Source of the DNA: Bacilli bacterium
GTDB lineage: Bacteria > Bacillota_I > Bacilli_A > RFN20 > CAG-826
Reading direction: 5' to 3'
Assembly: GCA_017542885.1 (NCBI GenBank)
Contig: JAFXWH010000034.1
Coordinates: 1 to 46,960, forward strand
DNA: 46,960 nt
The number at the start of each line of letters is the position of its first letter. Within the stretch, counting starts at the first letter, position 1. The position numbers and the translations under genes were made by a program. Below are positions 42,970 through 46,960 of this stretch, in pieces. A model generated the notes under the pieces. The model searched no databases, was not told where the DNA came from, and worked only from the letters and a program-made list of their open reading frames with translations.

Positions 42970-43861
42970 TATCCTAATCATAGGCGGAGGGGCTGCGGCA
43001 ATGACCGCGGCCCTTTATTCGCTTAGAGCCGGAAGAAGCGTCAAGCTCATCGAGAGGCAAGCGTTCGGCGGTCAAATCGCCGACTCTCCAAGAGTTGAGA
43101 ACTTCCCATCCATCAAAGAGATCTCCGGACTTGAATGGTCCAATAACCTTTTCGAGCAGATCACCGCTTTAGGTGCTGAGTTCGAAATGGACGAGGTCAA
43201 ATCCATCGAAAAGAAAGGCGACAACTTCGTTGCCCATTGCGAATATGGCGACTATGAAGGTAGAGCTGTCATCATCGCCAGCGGTGTCAAACACCGTCAC
43301 CTTGGCATCCCTGGAGAAAACCTCAAAGGCGTCTCCTACTGTGCAGTCTGTGATGGCGCTTTCTACACTGGCAAAGACACGATGGTCATCGGCGATGCCA
43401 ATAGCGCGCTCCAGTATGCTTTGCTTTTAGCAAAAACCTCCCGTCACGTTGACGTTGTCACCCTCTTCGACAAGTTCTTCGCCGACGATATCCTTGTGAC
43501 CGCTTTGAAGGCACTTCCAAACGTCTCGATCTACCACAACTACAATTCCGTCTCCTTCAATGGTACGGATAAGGTCGAAAGCGTCTCCTTCGAAGGCAGA
43601 TTAGACAAGAAACCAATGACGATTGAGATCAATGGTGTCTTCGTCGCCATCGGACAGGTTCCGGACAATGAGAGATTCTCCAACGTCGTTGATTTGGAGA
43701 AAGGCTTCATCGTTACCGATGAGAATATGGCCACCAAGACCGAAGGCATCTTTGCCGCCGGTGATTGCAGGGTCAAAAAAATAAGGCAGCTCACCACCGC
43801 TTGCAACGATGGAGCGATTGCTGCCTTAAATGCTAATACCTATTTAACGACTCATTCGTAA
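42959..43861 (+). CDS. Thioredoxin-reductase-like flavoprotein with a CxxC centre but a degenerate NAD(P)H-binding site
   Basis: 300-aa ORF with FAD motifs IIGGGAAAMTAA and FAAGDC and the redox centre CAVCDG. The second Rossmann motif reads VIGDANSA (canonical GGGNSA). The HRRxxxR position reads TLFDKFF. The start overlaps the nrdD 3' end by 11 nt. Confidence 0.8.
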   Translation: MLPDILIIGGGAAAMTAALYSLRAGRSVKLIERQAFGGQIADSPRVENFPSIKEISGLEWSNNLFEQITALGAEFEMDEVKSIEKKGDNFVAHCEYGDYEGRAVIIASGVKHRHLGIPGENLKGVSYCAVCDGAFYTGKDTMVIGDANSALQYALLLAKTSRHVDVVTLFDKFFADDILVTALKALPNVSIYHNYNSVSFNGTDKVESVSFEGRLDKKPMTIEINGVFVAIGQVPDNERFSNVVDLEKGFIVTDENMATKTEGIFAAGDCRVKKIRQLTTACNDGAIAALNANTYLTTHS

Positions 43862-44550
43862 CCACGAAGTTCGACGTGTTCGATATTCTTATCAAGAATG
43901 GCCTTCCAAATGAGGGCCTTTTCTTTTGGTACAGGATGGAAGCCGTGTTCGATGCAGCTATCCCTATCGACATACTGCTGAAGGAAGAGACGCTTGGCAC
44001 CGGCTAACCAAAGAGAGATCTTCTCAATGTCTTCGGTCTCATGGAATTCCTCAACGATGGTCGTTCTGAATTCGTAATCGACGAGATCGGTACTCATAAG
44101 ATATTCAATCGATTCTTCGATGTCTTTGATATCGACATTCTCGGTTCCGATCGTCTTGGCATACTTCTCTTTGCTGTTCTTGATGTCCATGGCGACATAG
44201 TCCACTAGACCCTGCTCAACCGCGAGCTTAAGAATCTCTGGACGAGAGCCGTTTGTATCAAGTTTGACCTTGTATCCTAATTCCTTGATTTCACCCAATT
44301 TCTCCAGCAAATCCGGCATTAAAGTGCATTCGCCGCCGGAAACGCATACGGCATCAAGGACGTTCTTCCTCTTCTCTAAGAAGGATTTGATGTCCTCCCA
44401 AGGGATGAAAGCAGGCTTCATGCCAGGAATGACCAAAGCCGCGTTATGGCAATACGGGCAACGCATGTTGCAGCCCGCGAAGAAAAGAGTGCAGGTGATG
44501 TTGTCGTCAAAATCTAGAAGCGAAAGCTTCTCCATTCCACTGAAATCCAT
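43852..44550 (-). CDS. nrdG: Anaerobic RNR activating enzyme (radical SAM)
   Basis: The CNMRCPYCHN CX3CX2C cluster lies near the N-terminus, with GGECTL also present. Start taken at ATG 44548-44550; a GTG at 44554-44556 (ORF track) is an alternative. Its 3' end overlaps the TrxR-like gene by 10 nt (convergent). Confidence 0.88.
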   Translation of the reverse strand: MDFSGMEKLSLLDFDDNITCTLFFAGCNMRCPYCHNAALVIPGMKPAFIPWEDIKSFLEKRKNVLDAVCVSGGECTLMPDLLEKLGEIKELGYKVKLDTNGSRPEILKLAVEQGLVDYVAMDIKNSKEKYAKTIGTENVDIKDIEESIEYLMSTDLVDYEFRTTIVEEFHETEDIEKISLWLAGAKRLFLQQYVDRDSCIEHGFHPVPKEKALIWKAILDKNIEHVELRGYE

Positions 44551-44558
44551 ATGCACAT

Positions 44559-44588
44559 ATTATAAACCCACGCAAAATAAAGTAGAAT
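44559..44588. promoter_or_regulatory. Back-to-back candidate promoters of nrdG (minus) and rarA (plus)
   Basis: On the minus strand a TATAAT (44559-44564) lies 8 nt before the nrdG ATG. On the plus strand a TAGAAT (44583-44588) lies 7 nt before the rarA ATG. Only 45 bp separate the two start codons, and neither gene has an SD. Confidence 0.45.
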
Positions 44589-44595
44589 TAATACG

Positions 44596-45924
44596 ATGAG
44601 CGAAACTATATCCATTTGGAACGACAATAACGAACCTTTGGCCGAACGCCTTAGGCCTACTTCCATCGACGAGATAGTCGGTCAGGATCATCTTTTAGGC
44701 AAAGGCAAGATCCTCAGGAACATGATCGAAAGCGACAAAGTCCCTTCGATGATCTTTTGGGGTCCGCCTGGAGTTGGCAAGACAACAATCGCCAAAGTGA
44801 TCGCCAACATGACCAAGGCTGATTTCATTACATTCTCTGCCGTCACTAGCGGAATCAAAGAAATCAAAACCGTCATGGAAGAAGCGGAGAAAAACCGCCT
44901 TTTCGGTGGCAAAACCATTGTCTTTGTAGACGAAATCCATAGATTCAACAAAGCCCAGCAGGATGCCTTCCTTCCTTTCGTCGAGAAAGGGAGCATTATC
45001 CTTGTGGGCGCTACAACCGAGAACCCTTCGTTTGAGATCAACAACGCTCTTTTGTCTCGCTGCAAAGTCTTCGTCCTCAATCCTTTAGGCGTTGATGATA
45101 TTGTCCTTCTTCTTAAGAAAGCCATCTCCGACAAACGTGGATTCGGCGGCATGAAGATCAAGATCAGCAAACAGATCCTTGAGACGATCGCCACCTTCTC
45201 TAATGGCGACGCTAGAGGCGCATTATCCACCCTCGAAATGGTTATCCTAAACGGAGATAGACAAGACGACACAATCACCGTCTCCAAAGAGATAGTTGAA
45301 CAAGTGACTTCAAAGAAGTCCTTCCTATATGACAAGAAAGGCGAAGAACACTATAACCTCATCTCCGCCCTCCATAAATCAATGAGGAACAGCGACCCTG
45401 ATGCAGCCGTTTATTGGCTAGCTAGGATGCTTGAAGCTGGAGAAGACCCTCTTTATATCGCTAGACGCGTCGTTCGTTTTGCTTCCGAGGACGTTGGTCT
45501 AGCCGATCCTAGAGCAATGGAAGTCGCAGTGTCCGCTTACCAGGCCTGCCACTTCATCGGCGTTCCTGAATGCAACGTCTGCCTTACCGAAGCGGTCGTC
45601 TACATGGCCATGTCTCCTAAATCAAATGCGATGGAAGTCGCCTACAATAGAGCGGCCGAAGACGCGAAGAAGATGATTGATGAACCAGTTCCTTTGGTCA
45701 TCAGAAACGCTCCGACCAAACTCATGAAAGAGCTTGGATATGGAGATGGGTATATCTACGCCCACGACACCAAAGATAAGATTGCCAGCATGCAGTGCCT
45801 TCCGGATTCGCTTGTTGGCAAAGAATACTTCACCCCTGGAACACAAGGCTTAGAAGCCAAATACAAAGCCCGCCTCGAAGAGATAAAGAAATGGAAAGAG
45901 GCGCACTCTAAGAAGCAAAAGTAG
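44596..45924 (+). CDS. rarA: Replication-associated recombination protein A (MgsA/RarA AAA+ ATPase)
   Basis: 442-aa ORF with LAERLRP, GPPGVGKTT, VDEIHRFNK and a C-terminal MgsA domain (HYNLISALHKSMRNSDPDAAVYWLARM). Confidence 0.93.
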   Translation: MSETISIWNDNNEPLAERLRPTSIDEIVGQDHLLGKGKILRNMIESDKVPSMIFWGPPGVGKTTIAKVIANMTKADFITFSAVTSGIKEIKTVMEEAEKNRLFGGKTIVFVDEIHRFNKAQQDAFLPFVEKGSIILVGATTENPSFEINNALLSRCKVFVLNPLGVDDIVLLLKKAISDKRGFGGMKIKISKQILETIATFSNGDARGALSTLEMVILNGDRQDDTITVSKEIVEQVTSKKSFLYDKKGEEHYNLISALHKSMRNSDPDAAVYWLARMLEAGEDPLYIARRVVRFASEDVGLADPRAMEVAVSAYQACHFIGVPECNVCLTEAVVYMAMSPKSNAMEVAYNRAAEDAKKMIDEPVPLVIRNAPTKLMKELGYGDGYIYAHDTKDKIASMQCLPDSLVGKEYFTPGTQGLEAKYKARLEEIKKWKEAHSKKQK

Positions 45925-45930
45925 GCCGTT

Positions 45931-45960
45931 TTGACTTGCCCTTCATAAAAGTTCTACAAT
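45931..45960 (+). promoter_or_regulatory. Candidate promoter of the YhhN-family gene (leaderless-type spacing)
   Basis: TTGACT-N18-TACAAT, then 6 nt to the ATG at 45967. There is no SD. Confidence 0.55.
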
Positions 45961-45966
45961 AAGGCC

Positions 45967-46671
45967 ATGTTTGATTTCACATCCCCACTTACCTATATCG
46001 GCTTTTTCTTTCTGTTGGCCTTTGTCCTTATCTCTTTGCAGCACATTTATTACTGCTACAAGGAATGGGAGCCCAAGAGAAAACTAACCAAAACCTTATG
46101 CGTTCCTGCTTTGGCGATCGCCGCGGTTTTCCTTGCTCCAATGAGGTGGCAGATCTATGTCGGAGCCGCTGTCGGAGCTATTGGCGATTACTTCCTTCTT
46201 AAGAAGCACTTCGTCAAATTCTTGGCCTTAGGAATGCTTTTCTTCTTCCTTGGCCATATCTTCTATATCAATGAGGCCATGTCCATCTTGGTTGAAATAG
46301 GTCTTCTTGAAGTCAAGAACATCCAAATCTGGGCGATTGTCTATTTTGTTGCCGCTTATGCGATCTTCTTCACGATTGCTTTTATCATCACGAAGAAAAA
46401 ATGGCTTATGAGTTTGGCAGGAGGCTTATACTGCGTAGCCCTTCTTACCGAGACCACGGTCGGTCTTGTCGGTGTGCTTCTAGGTCAGCCTCTCTTTTTC
46501 ATCTTCTTGCTATTAGGAGGACTCGTCTTCTTACTAAGCGATTCGATGCTCGTCTACTCTCACTTCTTCAAACCAATACCAAGGGAGCACTTCCCAATCA
46601 TGATTACCTATCTCCTTGGAGAGGTCTTGATTGTCGTAGGTTTAATCCTCACGAACGGAATGGTCAGATAA
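45967..46671 (+). CDS. YhhN/TMEM86-family (lysoplasmalogenase-like) membrane protein
   Basis: 234-aa 8-TM ORF with the family motifs AIGDYFLL and LLSDSMLVY. Confidence 0.7.
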   Translation: MFDFTSPLTYIGFFFLLAFVLISLQHIYYCYKEWEPKRKLTKTLCVPALAIAAVFLAPMRWQIYVGAAVGAIGDYFLLKKHFVKFLALGMLFFFLGHIFYINEAMSILVEIGLLEVKNIQIWAIVYFVAAYAIFFTIAFIITKKKWLMSLAGGLYCVALLTETTVGLVGVLLGQPLFFIFLLLGGLVFLLSDSMLVYSHFFKPIPREHFPIMITYLLGEVLIVVGLILTNGMVR

Positions 46672-46675
46672 AAGA

Positions 46676-46701
46676 AAATCCCTGAATTGCCAGGGATTTT
46701 T
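46676..46701. terminator. Bidirectional terminator between convergent genes
   Basis: Stem AAATCCCTG-AATTGC-CAGGGATTT, flanked by an A-run and TTTT. Confidence 0.75.
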
Positions 46702-46718
46702 AAATATTTGCTAGGGTT

Positions 46719-46960
46719 TTAACGTTCAAAGGTAAGTTCGCCGGCTTTTTTGAGAGCGGTCTTTGTGACAATAGGACCGATAAGCTCATAGACAAGCGTG
46801 GAGGTGAGGATGATGGCCACCACCATCGCTCCGATTAGAGGATTTCCGCCAGGACCGCTTAAGGCAGCGCCTGCGGTCGTCGATAAACCGATTGCGACAC
46901 CAGCTTGAGGGATAAGGCAGAAGCCAAGATATTTCTTAACGGTAGGCTCCGCTTTCGAGA
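46719..46960 (-). CDS. Cation:proton antiporter (CPA family), C-terminal part (gene runs off the right edge)
   Basis: Hand translation of the reverse strand gives ...YLGFCLIPQAGVAIGLSTTAGAALSGPGGNPLIGAMVVAIILTSTLVYELIGPIVTKTALKKAGELTFER*. This resembles the last TM helices of Na+/H+ exchanger-type proteins. Confidence 0.6.
   Translation of the reverse strand, partial: SKAEPTVKKYLGFCLIPQAGVAIGLSTTAGAALSGPGGNPLIGAMVVAIILTSTLVYELIGPIVTKTALKKAGELTFER

Overview
This 46,960-bp chromosomal window comes from a compact anaerobe that looks like Bacillota/Mycoplasmatota. That placement is low-confidence inference from three things: an spc operon without uL30, a class III RNR, and a salvage-only queuosine locus. 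The genetic code is standard: Trp is TGG, and TGA terminates nrdD and the ABC ATPase.

Layout:
- 6.6-21.9 kb (minus strand): the complete S10-spc-alpha ribosomal supercluster, rpsJ to rplQ, 29 genes. This includes a hand-found rpmJ and re-started infA and rplP. Several r-proteins carry long low-complexity tails.
- Left flank: partial MgtC-family gene, cysS, a low-GC 1048-aa SF1 helicase with zinc ribbons, a membrane protein and a HAD phosphatase.
- Right half: DUF2974-like hydrolase; a low-GC operon of secreted protein plus ABC-2 transporter; a queuosine salvage locus (queH-queA-tgt, then queT behind a preQ1-I-like riboswitch); a flippase-like/GT8 pair; HI0933-type flavoprotein; GtrA-like protein; nadE with an N-terminal Phd/YefM-like domain; RimK-family ligase; an enlarged mscL; a 640-bp AT-rich regulatory region; nrdD fused to a CPNC redoxin domain, overlapped by a TrxR-like gene with a degenerate NAD(P)H site; nrdG; rarA; a YhhN-family gene; and a partial cation:proton antiporter.

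I found no rRNA, tRNA, CRISPR array, transposase or integrase.

The best candidate for an undescribed system is the NrdD-redoxin fusion with the pyridine-nucleotide-motif-less TrxR-like gene and NrdG. Other points worth a second look are a recurrent leaderless-type promoter architecture, A/K/P-rich tails on uL5/uL22/uL23, and the Phd-NadE fusion. All calls rest on reading the sequence and translations by eye. No database search was run.
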